Origin: an uncultured Candidatus Rokubacteria bacterium
GTDB lineage: Bacteria; Methylomirabilota; Methylomirabilia; Rokubacteriales; CSP1-6
Assembly: GCA_963771355.1 (NCBI GenBank)
Contig: CAVYTA010000003.1
Location: 1 to 64,000 of the forward strand
Direction: 5' to 3'
Length of the DNA: 64,000 nucleotides
Part shown: positions 1 to 11,155 of the stretch, in pieces
How positions within the stretch are numbered: the first letter of the stretch is position 1
Layout: each line of letters starts with the position of its first letter
Made by a program: the position numbers and the translations under genes
The notes under the pieces: generated by a model
Told to the model about the DNA's origin: nothing
What the model saw: only the letters and a program-made list of their open reading frames with translations
The model's database searches: none

Positions 1-2
1 TC

Positions 3-275
3 CACCAGCGTTCGAGCGGACTGGGGTACTCGCCCCGCGGCTCTGACCTTCGCGCGTGGTTCCGGAAGGGCTTCGGGGAAAGAAGGCTGAGCCCGGAAGA
101 TCGCGCTCACAAGGTCTCGCGGCGTCTCGGCGTCGGACATCACACTGGAGGCAAGATGAACTCCGAACGCTTGCTCCAAGCGGAGGAGGAGTTCGACGCG
201 CTCTCCATTGCCGATACCGAGATCGTGGTCGAGGGATTCATCGAGCGAAAGGGGACCAGTTCGCCAAGTTCCTAA
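3..275 (+). CDS. Possible 3' part of an unknown gene (5'-truncated by the window edge, possibly frameshifted)
   Basis: Open frame 3..275 (…GKMNSERLLQAEEEFDALSIADTEIVVEGFIERKG…) with protein-like composition; no family recognised. Confidence 0.25.
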   Translation, partial: HQRSSGLGYSPRGSDLRAWFRKGFGERRLSPEDRAHKVSRRLGVGHHTGGKMNSERLLQAEEEFDALSIADTEIVVEGFIERKGTSSPSS

Positions 276-506
276 CTCCAGAGTTAGCCCTTCGACGATG
301 TCGACGACATCTCGCTCAACGATTTCTCGTTCCATTCGTACCCCGCAACCGCTACGCCCCGTTGTGCAGCCTCGTCATCCTCAACCTAGACTCGCCAATA
401 AGGTGACAGCCGCGCGCACGGGTCGGCAATGGAGACACGGTGCTGCGCCATGGTGCCGCACGGTGATCGTTTTGTGCAAGCCTCTTACGTGCCAAGGCCT
501 GGGTTT

Positions 507-1700
<1,194 letters not shown>

Positions 1701-1704
<4 letters not shown>

Positions 1705-4700
1705 CCTAGCAGCTCTCCCATTGCCGCGTTTGCCTTGGCCAACCAGAATGACATGCCCATGTCGTGAAACATGCCAAGCGCTGCCGTGAGGTGCGTACCA
1801 GCTTCCACCCGTCCCAAGCTCTTGCCGTCCAATGTAGCGAGTTGGAGGTGGCAGCGAGCGACGAGGGGACGGAGCTCCAATTCAGTTGCAAGGGAGAGTG
1901 CCTCCCGATAGAACGTCTCAGCATTTTCAAATTCCGGTGGGTCCTGGGCCGCCCGAATGTCACCCAAGAGGCGAAGGATCTCGGGCTCTGCGAACCGTTG
2001 TCGGTTGGCCCGGCTCAGCGCGAGGGCGTTCTGAGCTGACTCCAGGGCCTCCGGAATGTTTCGAGAAAGGAACTGTACCTCCCCGAGAAAAGTGAGGGCC
2101 ATGGTATGGGTCGGTACGATCTTCATCAAGGCGGACCGCTTCGCTACTCGCTCCAGAATCGCAAGACCTTCTGGAAGCCTTCTGGAAAGAGCGTAAGCAA
2201 ATCCGAGATTAGCCGCAGTCAGAAGGTACAGAGGCGCGAAGTCTCCGCGCTGACAGATATCGACGCTCCGCTCCAGCGATGCAATTGCTTCAATCAGGTT
2301 ACCCTGCATCAGCTGGCGCTGACCGGCTCCGGAATGCGTCACGGCGAGGCTGTATGGGTGGTTGGCCGCCTCGGCAACCCGGATCCCCTCTTCGGCAACT
2401 GCTATCCCGGCGACGAATTCTCCGAGGTTGGCGAGGCACCAGGCCATCCACGCGCGAGACGTGACTGATCCAAGCCCACCCATGCCGAAACGCTCACGAG
2501 CTGGCGCGCCTTTCAGCATCTCAAGATTTCGTCTGAAGCTATCGATTGCCTTCCGGTGCTGTCCCAGAACCACGTAGGCTTCTCCCAACCGATGATTAGC
2601 CAGAGCCTCCAGCCCATCATCGCCGAGGGCCGACGCGATCGCGAAGGCACGCTGGCCGCACTCCACCGTACTATCCGGGTCGCCAATCCACCAAAAGCAG
2701 CTCGCCATAGAGGCTGATACTCGCCCGAGCCGACGTTGGTCACCCAGGGCTTGGGCCAGCGTCTCAGCCTCCCGCAGGACCTCAAAGATGCGATCCACCT
2801 CTCCAAGTGGAATCAAAGCGCTGTGAAGGTCGAACCTTAGATCAATACTCCTCTCGGTTGTCACACGAGTTTCGGGGAGATGGCTGAGGGCGACAAGAGC
2901 TCGCTCTACACAAGTGACCGCTTCGCGGGATGCACTGCGGGCAGTGGCCTTGAGACCAGCCTGATGAAGATACGTCACCGCCTTTGTCCGAGCTCGCCAT
3001 GTAGCGCATGGTGGGCAAGGCGATCAACCTGTTCTGCAAGCCGGCTCCCTGCGAGCCGCTCAAGCGCCTCAACGACGCGGGCGTGAAGGACCCGCCGCCG
3101 CTCGTGGAGCAAGGCGCCGTACGCTACCTCCTGGGTTAGCCCGTGCTTGAAGGTATATTCCAACTCGGGAAAGAGTCTCGTCTCATAGAGAAACTCCGCG
3201 GCCTGAAGACGACTCAGTCCGCTATGGAGAGCATCCTCGTTCTCTGGCTCAAGGGCCTGGAGCAAGGAGAACGGAACGTCCTTGCCGACAACGGCCGCGA
3301 TCTGAAGAAGCCACTTGTCCTCCGGCGCGAGCCGGTCGATACGGGCTGCCAGGACTGCTTGAACCGTGGATGGAACCTGGACGTCTTGAGGCTCCTTCGC
3401 CAGGCGATAGGCTCCTCGCTCACCAGTTATCACGCCCGTCTCAACCAAGGTACGGACGCTTTCTTCGAGAAAGAACGGATTCCCAGCGGTCCTCTGAATC
3501 AACACATCCTTAAGTGGGCGAAGGCTCGGCTGTTCGCCCAGAAGTGCTTCAAGGAGAATTTCTGTGCTCGTGATAGGCAATGGGTCGACCCTCAGCTGCT
3601 TGTAGTAGCTCTTGCTGCCCCATCGATGCTGATATTCAGGCCGGTAACTCGCCAGGATGAGCATCGCTGCGGTTCCCATGCTGTCCACGAGAACCTCTAG
3701 TACTGCCTGCGTTTCCGAATCGATGCCGTGGAGATCTTCGAGGACAAGGAGCAATGGCTGAGCTTGGCTCTCTCGAAGGAAAAGCCGCTTCAGCGCCTCG
3801 AGAGTAAGGCGGCGACGCTGCGACGGGTCAGACTCCTTCCATCTAGGGTCTTCGATCGGGACATCTAGAAGCGCCAACAGGGCTGGGAGGATAGGCGTAA
3901 GCGCTCGGTCGAGCACCGAAACTTTAGCGGCGACTCTCTCACGAATCTGGTGATGATCATCTCGGCTGTCAATCCTGAAGTAGCTTCGCAAAAGCTCGAT
4001 GAGGGGAAGATAGGGCGTAGCTCTTCCGTACGAGACTGATCCGGTCTCAAGAACAAGCCAGCTTCGTGTCCGATCCGAATGAGTGAACTCGTGAAGTAAG
4101 CGAGACTTCCCGACGCCAGGCTCTCCTACCACTGCGGCGAACTGACCGCGACCCGCCGCCGCCAAGTCGAGGGCCTGGTGAAGTCCCGCCATCTCAACGT
4201 CGCGTCCGGTGAAGCGGGTGAGACCTCGCGTCGCCGCGACCTGCAGGCGCGTCCGTACTGCTGCCGCGTCCGTCAATTCATACGCTTCAATGGGGCCGTT
4301 CAAGCCCTTGACCTTTACCTTGCCCAGGGGTCTCGCCTCGACGTAGCCTTCGACGGCTCGGAAGACATCCGAGGTGATTAGGATCGAGCCGGGCGTCGCC
4401 ATCTGCTCCATCCGCGCCGCGAGATGGGTGGTCTGTCCGACGGCGGTGTAGTCCATACGAAGATCGCTCCCGATAGAACGCACGACCACCTCTCCCGAGT
4501 TCAATCCGACACGGACGCGAATCGGAACATCATGGCTATGGAGGGCCCCTTCTGCGTACCGCTTGACCGACTCCTGGATTCGCAGCGCAGCGTAGCAGCC
4601 GCGCACGGCGTGGTCCTCGTGGGCGAGTGGCGCTCCAAAGAGCGCCATGATCCCGTCCCCCATGATCTGATTTACGGTGCCTTCGTAGTGGTGCACGGCT

Positions 4701-5083
4701 TCCATCATGTGGTTGAGCACCGGGTCCAAGAGTTTGCGGGCCTCTTCCGGATCGCGGCCGGCAAGCAGCTCCATGGAACTCTTAAGATCAGCGAATAACA
4801 CCGTAATCCGCTTGCGCTCACCCTCCAGGGCGTGCCTGGAGTTGAGGATTTTCTCGGCTAGGTACTTGGGCGTGTAGTTCGAGGGTGCAGGCGAGATCAG
4901 TCTTTCAGCGTCTTGCGTGGTCCTGTTGGCGACGGCGAGCTGTTGTCCGCAGCTCGTACAGAACTTGTGGCCCGGCGCGTTGAGAGTGCCGCAGTCTGCA
5001 CAGAGCACCGGTAGTTTCGATCCGCACTCCGGGCAGAAGCCGGCATCGGTAGGCGTTTCTTCGCCGCACCGGACACACTTCAT
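1701..5083 (-). CDS. Double zinc ribbon-adenylate/guanylate cyclase-STAND ATPase-TPR protein; one frameshift near 2985
   Basis: CxxC pairs, GERKRITVLFADLKSS, GDGIMALFGAP, Walker A GEPGVGKS, TPR C-terminus; ORFs 2975..5173 and 1701..2978 join at GEL(W)DKAVTYLHQAG. Confidence 0.9.
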
Positions 5084-5448
5084 GTCACGGGCCCCCTGCG
5101 AGGCGAGCGGTGGAACCACGGAGAGTATGCCGAGTCTAGTCGCGCAGCCGGGAACGGTCAAGGACGTCAACAAGAGGCTTGACAGCGCTTATAGTTTCGG
5201 CGCAAATTCGGCCGATGTGACGGTCAGTTATCTGGTTCCTTCGAGCCAGCCCGATCCTTTGGATCGGCCGAGCTGCAACCATTGGCGTCTACTTACAGAC
5301 TGGGGACTCCGTGGTTGATTGGCCGGGTGTCCTTGACCATTGGGCCGCGATGTGATTCGCGGCCTCGAGCCCGTCACGCTCGTGTGGAGCATACAATGCC
5401 GAGCCGTCGCCAAACCGCTCGCCGGCGGAAGGAGCTGAAGGGAACCGC

Positions 5449-6705
5449 ATGAGCCGGCTGAGACATCGTCTCGTCCGTCAGAAGGAATCTTCCTCTGCGG
5501 GGCCGGCGCAAGCGCGGTCAGCCGTCGCTACGCCTTTCCTGATTCGTTCCTTGCAGAAACGCCTGGCCGGGCGAGAAGTTGGTGTCTTCGATCTGGAGTT
5601 GCCTGACGGCTCCACTCATCGGGTAGGGGGCGAGGAGGGCTCGCCCTCGTTTAGCCTTCGCCTTCGGTCATCCGCCGCGGTCCGTGCATTGGCGTCCCTC
5701 GACGAGGCCGCCATAGCCGACGCATACATGAACGGGGCCATTGACTTCGAGGGCGACTTCCTGGCCGCCCTTGATCTGCGAACATTCTTGTCCGACTCTC
5801 ATCCGCTACGCTCAGTCTGGCGATTCCTGCAGCCGCTTCTCTTCGGCAAGAACCAGAGCGACAAGCGCTGGGTGACCCAGCACTACGATTATGGAGACGA
5901 CTTCTATTTTTCCTTTCTGGACCGCCAGGCGAGACTCTATTCGCAGGCCCTTTTCCGATCCGAAGACGACACCCTTGAGCAGGCGGCTCAGAACAAACTG
6001 GAGTACATCATACGCGCATGTCGATTGCCGACTGGCTCACATGTCCTTGACGTTGGCGCCGGATGGGCGTCTTTTGCTGAATATGCTGGCGCTCGCGGTA
6101 TCAACGTCTCAATGCTGACGATTTCTCGTGCGCAGTATGACTATTTAGTTCGGCGGTGCGCCACGAATACGCTTTCATGCACGATGGAGGTGATTTACGA
6201 GAGCATCTTCGCGTACACGTCAGTTCGGCAGTACGACGCGATTGTACTGTCGGGCGTTATGGAGCACCTGCCCGATTACCGCGCCTTGTTTAGCAAATTC
6301 GACCAGCTATTGAAGGTGAACGGCCGTTTATATATGGACTTCGCCGCCAGTCGCAGAAAGTTCGCCGTAAGTTCTTTCACCTATCGCCACATATTCCCTG
6401 GTGCCCACAGTCCTGTCGTCCTCCCAAGTCTCTTAGCGGCAGCCAATCGAACACGTTTTGAACTGATTTCGCTCCAAAACGATCGGCACAGTTACTTTCT
6501 TACCCTGCAAGGCTGGGCGCGGAATCTCGAGGCTGCGCACGACGTTGTAACGCAAAGGTTCAGCGAACGGACTTTCCGCTTGTTTCAGATGTACCTTTGG
6601 GGCGGCGCACATCAGCTTCAGCGAGACGGGACGCTCGAGAGTTACAGACTCGTCTTTCAGAAGTCACTTGGCTCCCCGTCGAGCGATATCGGCCTGGAGC
6701 AATAG
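5449..6705 (+). CDS. Cyclopropane-fatty-acyl-phospholipid synthase-like SAM methyltransferase
   Basis: HYDYGDDFY, LEQAAQNKLEYI, VLDVGAGW, GVMEH, IFPG, HYxxTL-like YFLTLQGW. Confidence 0.88.
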   Translation: MSRLRHRLVRQKESSSAGPAQARSAVATPFLIRSLQKRLAGREVGVFDLELPDGSTHRVGGEEGSPSFSLRLRSSAAVRALASLDEAAIADAYMNGAIDFEGDFLAALDLRTFLSDSHPLRSVWRFLQPLLFGKNQSDKRWVTQHYDYGDDFYFSFLDRQARLYSQALFRSEDDTLEQAAQNKLEYIIRACRLPTGSHVLDVGAGWASFAEYAGARGINVSMLTISRAQYDYLVRRCATNTLSCTMEVIYESIFAYTSVRQYDAIVLSGVMEHLPDYRALFSKFDQLLKVNGRLYMDFAASRRKFAVSSFTYRHIFPGAHSPVVLPSLLAAANRTRFELISLQNDRHSYFLTLQGWARNLEAAHDVVTQRFSERTFRLFQMYLWGGAHQLQRDGTLESYRLVFQKSLGSPSSDIGLEQ

Positions 6706-6931
6706 GTTTTAGCCAGACAGGGACAATCACGCCGCGGCTTGGCCTGCAAGTGGTTGCGCGCGCGGGTGCCCCAGCAGTTGTCGGAGGCCAGCGAGTCATG
6801 AACAAACTTGCTGGCCTCCGGAATTCGCAGACGCGCCCGAGGGTCTGATGGGCGATGGAAAGGGCCTCTGAGCGAGTCCCCGTCAACCACACGGGCAGAC
6901 CTGATGGCTCAGAACAGCGCGATAACAGCGA

Positions 6932-7149
6932 CCGCCCCACTTTTCGTCGCACGGCCTGCGGCATACGTTTGCGTCCCTCCTCCTGCAGCAGGGGGAGAGC
7001 CCGGCCTACGTGCAACGCAGCTCGGGCGCGCCTCAATTCAGCTCACGGTGGACACCTACAGGAAGTGGTTACCGATGGGCAACAAGGCGGCCGTGAATGC
7101 CCTCGACGATCGAAGTGGTAGCAGAAGCAGCTTCGGGGAGTCCCAGTGA
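6932..7149 (+). pseudogene. Tyrosine recombinase/integrase C-terminal remnant
   Basis: PPHFSSHGLRHTFASLLLQQGESPAYVQ(fs)QLGRASIQLTVDTYRKWLPMG: HxLRH motif, LGH changed to LGR, catalytic Tyr; one frameshift; abuts the att site. Confidence 0.9.
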
Positions 7150-7169
7150 TCTGGAACTCCCCGAAAAGT

Positions 7170-7215
7170 TTGGTGGGCCGTCAAGGACTCGAACCTTGGA
7201 CCCGCTGATTAAGAG
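7170..7215 (-). repeat. att site: 46-bp exact copy of the tRNA-Lys(CTT) 3' end
   Basis: TTGGTGGGCCGTCAAGGACTCGAACCTTGGACCCGCTGATTAAGAG is identical to 12555-12600. Confidence 0.95.
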
Positions 7216-7323
7216 CGAGAACCAAGAACCGCGCACGAACACCGATGACAACGTATCACGTTGACATTCTTAGACATCGGACTGGAGCGACGTGCTCACA
7301 TATCGTTGTGGATCGGGGTAAGC

Positions 7324-7344
7324 TGGAACCAAAGTGGAACCAAA
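7324..7344 (+). repeat. Tandem 10-bp repeat TGGAACCAAA x2 (putative integrase arm-type sites)
   Basis: 7324-7333 and 7335-7344; similar pair TGGGCACCAA x2 at the other island end. Confidence 0.55.
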
Positions 7345-7504
7345 CGCAGCCCGCACGTCCCAGAAGTCGCGGGTTCAATGCGCGGGCCCGCAACCACTTG
7401 GGGGCGAACAGGTCCCTCGAGTTCAGGTTCGAGATCCGAATTTGAATCCGTGTTTCAGGGAACTTCAGCGGGGCACGCTTTAGTGGCGTGCCGTTTTCGA
7501 GCAC

Positions 7505-7639
7505 GGGGGACGGCTGCGACTGATCGCCACCCTGCACGATCGCGCCGTCATCCGGAGGATTCGCGCGCACGTGGGGGTCGGCGCCTCGGGGCCGAGCCCC
7601 GGCCCCGCCCCGCCGGAGCCCGGCGCTGCCGCGTCCTGA
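7505..7639 (+). pseudogene. IS91/ISCR-family (Y2 rolling-circle) transposase C-terminal remnant
   Basis: GGRLRLIATLHDRAVIRRIRAHVGVGASGPSPGPAPP*, matching the CxxCGGxLRxIA...VIxxILxH...PxxPP tail of IS91-like transposases. Confidence 0.75.
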
Positions 7640-7712
7640 TCCGATCTGCTCGGGGGCGCGGCGGACGCCCCACGAGGCGCCATCAACGCTGCTCCGGCTG
7701 GTCCGTGGCCGG

Positions 7713-7742
7713 TTGACGGCGGCGGTGTGTCTGGCATAGCAT
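7713..7742 (+). promoter_or_regulatory. Putative outward-facing sigma-70 promoter in the IS end
   Basis: TTGACG-N18-TAGCAT. Confidence 0.45.
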
Positions 7743-7794
7743 GCCGCTCACCCGCGTCGGCTCGCTCGACCCGCGAGCAGGCCGCTAATGTGTG

Positions 7795-8020
7795 CTGTGC
7801 CGTCGGCTCCTGGGGCGGCCAGTGTCCGGGTCTGGCACCTTATGTCACGGGGAGGGGGCCACGGACGGGGCCACTGCCACCGGAGGGCGTTCATGTTACC
7901 TATCCTCCTGTGCGGTCGGCTCCTGGGGCGGCCAGTGTCCGGGTCTGGCACCTTATGTCACGGGGAATGGGCCACGGACGGGGCCACTGCCTCCGGTGGG
8001 CGTTCATGTTACCTATCCTC
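7795..8020 (+). repeat. Two tandem 113-bp direct repeats, each ending in an oriIS-like motif
   Basis: Units 7795-7907 and 7908-8020 with few mismatches; both end GGGCGTTCATGTTACCTATCCTC. Confidence 0.92.
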
Positions 8021-9017
8021 TCTCGTCGCCGCCGTCGCCGCGCTCGTGGTCGCGGCCGTGGGGCCCGCGTGGGGCCAGAAGCTCGACCCGGTGCGGTTCG
8101 GGACCAACTGGGTGGCCGAGGCCGAGCACGGCGGGTTCTACCAGTCCGTGGCCGACGGCACGTACGCCAGGCACGGGCTCGACGTGACCATCGTGCAGGG
8201 CGGGCCGCAGGTCAACCAGCGCATGCTGCTCGCGGTCGGCAAGCTCGACTTCTACATGATCGGCAACAGCCTGCAGGTGTTCGACGCCGTCCAGCAGGGC
8301 GTGCCGATCGTCGCCGTCGCCGCCATGTTCCAGAAGGACCCGCAGGTGCTGATCGCCCATCCCGGGCAGGGGATCGACCGCTTGGAGGACCTCCGCAAGC
8401 TGACGCTGTTCATCTCGCCGGACGGGATGGTCTCGTACTTTCAGTGGCTGAAGGCCCAGTACGAGTTCAAGGACTCACAGGTCAAGCGCTACACGTTCAA
8501 CCCGCAGCCGTTCCTGGCCGACCGGCGCAGCGCCATGCAGGGTTACGTGACCGCCGAGCCCTTCGCCATCGAGAAGCAGGGCGGGTTCAAGCCCAAGCTG
8601 TTCCTGCTCGCCGACCACGGTTTCACCAGCTACTCGACGCTGATCGGGACTCGCCGCGACCTCGTCGACAAGCGGCCCGACCTCGTGCAGCGCTTCGTCG
8701 ACGCGTCGATCATCGGCTGGTATCGCTACCTCTACGGCGACAGCCGGGCCGCCAACGCCCTCATCAAGAAGCACAACCCCGAGGCCACCGACGAGCTGAA
8801 CGCCTACTCGACGGCCAAGATGAAGGAGTTCGGTATCGTCGACTCCGGCGACGCGGTCACGCTTGGCATCGGGGCCATGACCGACGCGCGCATGCGCACG
8901 TTCTTCGACGCGATGGTCAAGGCCGGGGTGATGAAGCCCACCGTCGACATCCGGAAGTCCTACACCACCCAGTTCGTCAACAAGAAGGTGGGGCTCGAGC
9001 TGAGGCCGCGGCCGTGA
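7893..9017 (+). CDS. NMT1/THI5-like ABC substrate-binding protein; native 5' end replaced by the IS repeat (homology starts ~8021)
   Basis: FGTNWVAEAEHGGFYQ, GYVTAEPF; signal h-region VAAVAALVVAAVGPAWG lacks its own start; in-frame ATG at 7893 lies within repeat 1. Confidence 0.8.
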   Translation: MLPILLCGRLLGRPVSGSGTLCHGEWATDGATASGGRSCYLSSLVAAVAALVVAAVGPAWGQKLDPVRFGTNWVAEAEHGGFYQSVADGTYARHGLDVTIVQGGPQVNQRMLLAVGKLDFYMIGNSLQVFDAVQQGVPIVAVAAMFQKDPQVLIAHPGQGIDRLEDLRKLTLFISPDGMVSYFQWLKAQYEFKDSQVKRYTFNPQPFLADRRSAMQGYVTAEPFAIEKQGGFKPKLFLLADHGFTSYSTLIGTRRDLVDKRPDLVQRFVDASIIGWYRYLYGDSRAANALIKKHNPEATDELNAYSTAKMKEFGIVDSGDAVTLGIGAMTDARMRTFFDAMVKAGVMKPTVDIRKSYTTQFVNKKVGLELRPRP

Positions 9018-9784
9018 GCGAGGTGGCCGTCGTCACCCTGCGCGGCGTCGGCAAGATGTTCCGCAACGGCACCCTGGCCCTCGACGGGCTCGACCTCGAG
9101 GTGCGGCGGGGCGAGTTTCTGACCCTGCTCGGGCCCTCGGGCTGCGGCAAGTCGAGCGCGCTTCGCATCATCGCGGGACTGAGCGACCCGACGACCGGCA
9201 TCGTGGAGTGGTCGGAGGGGCCGACCGAACCCTCGCGACGGATCGGGTTCGTGTTTCAGGAGCCCACACTGATGCCGTGGGCGACCGTGGCCGACAACGT
9301 GCGGCTGCCCCTCCGGCTCGGCGGGCTGCCGACCGAGCAGACCGAGGCGCGGGTGGCGCGGGTGCTCGAGCACGTGGGCCTGGAGCGCTTCGGCGACGTG
9401 TACCCACGCGAGCTGTCGGGCGGGATGAAGATGCGGGTCTCGATCGCCCGGGCTCTGGTGACGGAGCCGGAGCTCCTGCTCATGGACGAGCCCTTTGCCG
9501 CCCTGGACGAGATCACCCGGTTCCGTCTCGACAACGACCTCCTGGCGGTGTCTCACACGCTGGGCCAGACCGTGGTGTTCGTGACCCACTCCGTGTTCGA
9601 GTCCGTGTACCTGGCCAGCCGCGTGGTGGTGATGACGGCGCGGCCCGGGCGGATCTTCGCCGAGCTGACCATCGACGCGCCGTATCCGCGCGACGAGCCC
9701 TTCCGCACGTCCGCCGAGTACGCAGCCGCGTGCCGGCGCGTGTCGGAGGCCCTGGCCCGCGCGATGGCGACGAGGGCGCGATGA
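9014..9784 (+). CDS. NitT/TauB-type ABC ATP-binding protein
   Basis: GPSGCGKS, LSGGMKMR, LLLMDEPF; GTG overlaps the upstream TGA. Confidence 0.93.
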   Translation: MSEVAVVTLRGVGKMFRNGTLALDGLDLEVRRGEFLTLLGPSGCGKSSALRIIAGLSDPTTGIVEWSEGPTEPSRRIGFVFQEPTLMPWATVADNVRLPLRLGGLPTEQTEARVARVLEHVGLERFGDVYPRELSGGMKMRVSIARALVTEPELLLMDEPFAALDEITRFRLDNDLLAVSHTLGQTVVFVTHSVFESVYLASRVVVMTARPGRIFAELTIDAPYPRDEPFRTSAEYAAACRRVSEALARAMATRAR

Positions 9785-10653
9785 GCGTGCCCGGCGCTCG
9801 GCCGGGAGGCGTGGTGCGCCCGGGAGGGCCGCGACCCACCGTACGGCGCGCGCAGCCCCCCGAGCACGAGCGCGCGGACCGCGTATGGCGCGTGGCGCTG
9901 CCCATCGCGGTGCTGCTTCTGGGTCTCCTGGCCTGGGAGCTGATCGTCCGCATCCGCGGCATTCCCCCGTACGTGCTGCCGGCCCCGGAACTGGTCTTCC
10001 GCACGCTGGTGTCCGACTGGGCGATCCTGGGGGCGTCGCTGGCCCGCACGCTGGTCACCACCTTCGAGGGGTTCGCGCTGGCCGCCGTGGGTGGCGTGGG
10101 GCTCGCCGTGATCTTCAACCAGTCACGGCTGGCCGAGTACTGTCTGTACCCGTACGCGGTGATCCTGCAGGTCACGCCGATCGTGGCCATTGCGCCGCTG
10201 CTCCTGGTCTACCTGCCCCAGGAGGCGGCGGTGCTGACCTGCGCCTGGCTGGTGGCGTTCTTCCCCGTGCTCGCCAACACCACGCTCGGCCTGCACTCGG
10301 TCGACCGCAACCTTGCCGACATGTTCGCGCTGTACCGGGCCTCGCGGGTGCAGACCCTGCGCTACCTGAAGCTGCCGGCGGCCATGCCCTTCATCCTGGG
10401 CGGGCTGCGCATTGCGGGCGGCCTGGCGCTGATCGGGGCCGTGGTGGCCGAGATCGCGGCGGGCTCGGCGGGGGCCGGCTCCGGTCTCGCGTACCGGATC
10501 GCCGAGTCGGGCTACCGCCTGAACACCCCGCGGATGTTCGCGGCCCTCTTCCTGCTGTCGGTCACCGGCATCGTGATCTTCTACGGCCTCTCGCTGGTCA
10601 CCGATCGCGCCCTCCGGCGCTGGCATGAGAGCGCAGTGACCTCGGAGCGCTGA
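9781..10653 (+). CDS. NitT/TauC-type ABC permease
   Basis: Hydrophobic; LQVTPIVAIAPLL, LKLPAAMPFILGGLRIA. Confidence 0.92.
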   Translation: MSVPGARPGGVVRPGGPRPTVRRAQPPEHERADRVWRVALPIAVLLLGLLAWELIVRIRGIPPYVLPAPELVFRTLVSDWAILGASLARTLVTTFEGFALAAVGGVGLAVIFNQSRLAEYCLYPYAVILQVTPIVAIAPLLLVYLPQEAAVLTCAWLVAFFPVLANTTLGLHSVDRNLADMFALYRASRVQTLRYLKLPAAMPFILGGLRIAGGLALIGAVVAEIAAGSAGAGSGLAYRIAESGYRLNTPRMFAALFLLSVTGIVIFYGLSLVTDRALRRWHESAVTSER

Positions 10654-10724
10654 CTCGGCGGGGCCTTCGGCTCCGACGCCCGGGCTTCTCGCCCCGCCGC
10701 CGCGTCGCCGGTGATCGGCGCCTG

Positions 10725-10958
10725 TCATCGCGCGGGGCCTGACCCCGTTGGGCCCGTCGGCACCAGCGCTCCGGTCATGATCGCCACCGCCTCGCTCATG
10801 CTGACCGCGCGTGGGTCCAGCAACGCCACGCGTTTCCCCAGCCGCGCCACGTGAATCCGGTCCGCGATCTCGAACACGTGCGGCATGTCGTTTGAGATCA
10901 GCACCACCGACAGTCCCCGGTCGCGAACTCTCCGGATCAGGTCGAGCACCGTGGCGCT
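10725..10958 (-). pseudogene. C-terminal fragment of a sugar ABC ATP-binding protein
   Basis: VLDLIRRVRDRGLSVVLISNDMPHVFEIADRIHVARLG...MTGA; no Walker A region. Confidence 0.8.
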
Positions 10959-10959
10959 C

Positions 10960-11155
10960 TGCTTGGCCGGTGAAATCGCTCGGGGTGTACATCAAGAGCA
11001 CCGCCAGTCTCTTCCAGACGCGGCAAGGCTGGTCGGCGATCCTGGTTGCGTGTGCGCTGGGACTCCTGTTCTACTTCGCGGTGGCGTTGGCCGAGCACCT
11101 GGCCATGCCGTGGGCGAGGGAAAGGGTGAACAGAGGAGGGACTACCCGATGGTGA
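10960..11155 (+). pseudogene. C-terminal fragment of a second ABC permease
   Basis: LGVYIKSTASLFQTRQGWSAILVACALGLLFYFAVALAEHLAMPW; N-terminus missing. Confidence 0.7.

Noticed and set aside
2970..2995. Selenocysteine or stop readthrough at the TGA splitting the cyclase
   Set aside because: The continuation is in a different frame, so it is an indel rather than an in-frame stop
7170..7215. Extra tRNA genes at 7170-7215 and 38467-38515
   Set aside because: Only the 3' halves are present (no D-arm or 5' acceptor strand); these are att duplications
7795..8020. 113-bp repeats as a CRISPR array
   Set aside because: Only two contiguous units, too long, no spacers, and no cas genes in the window
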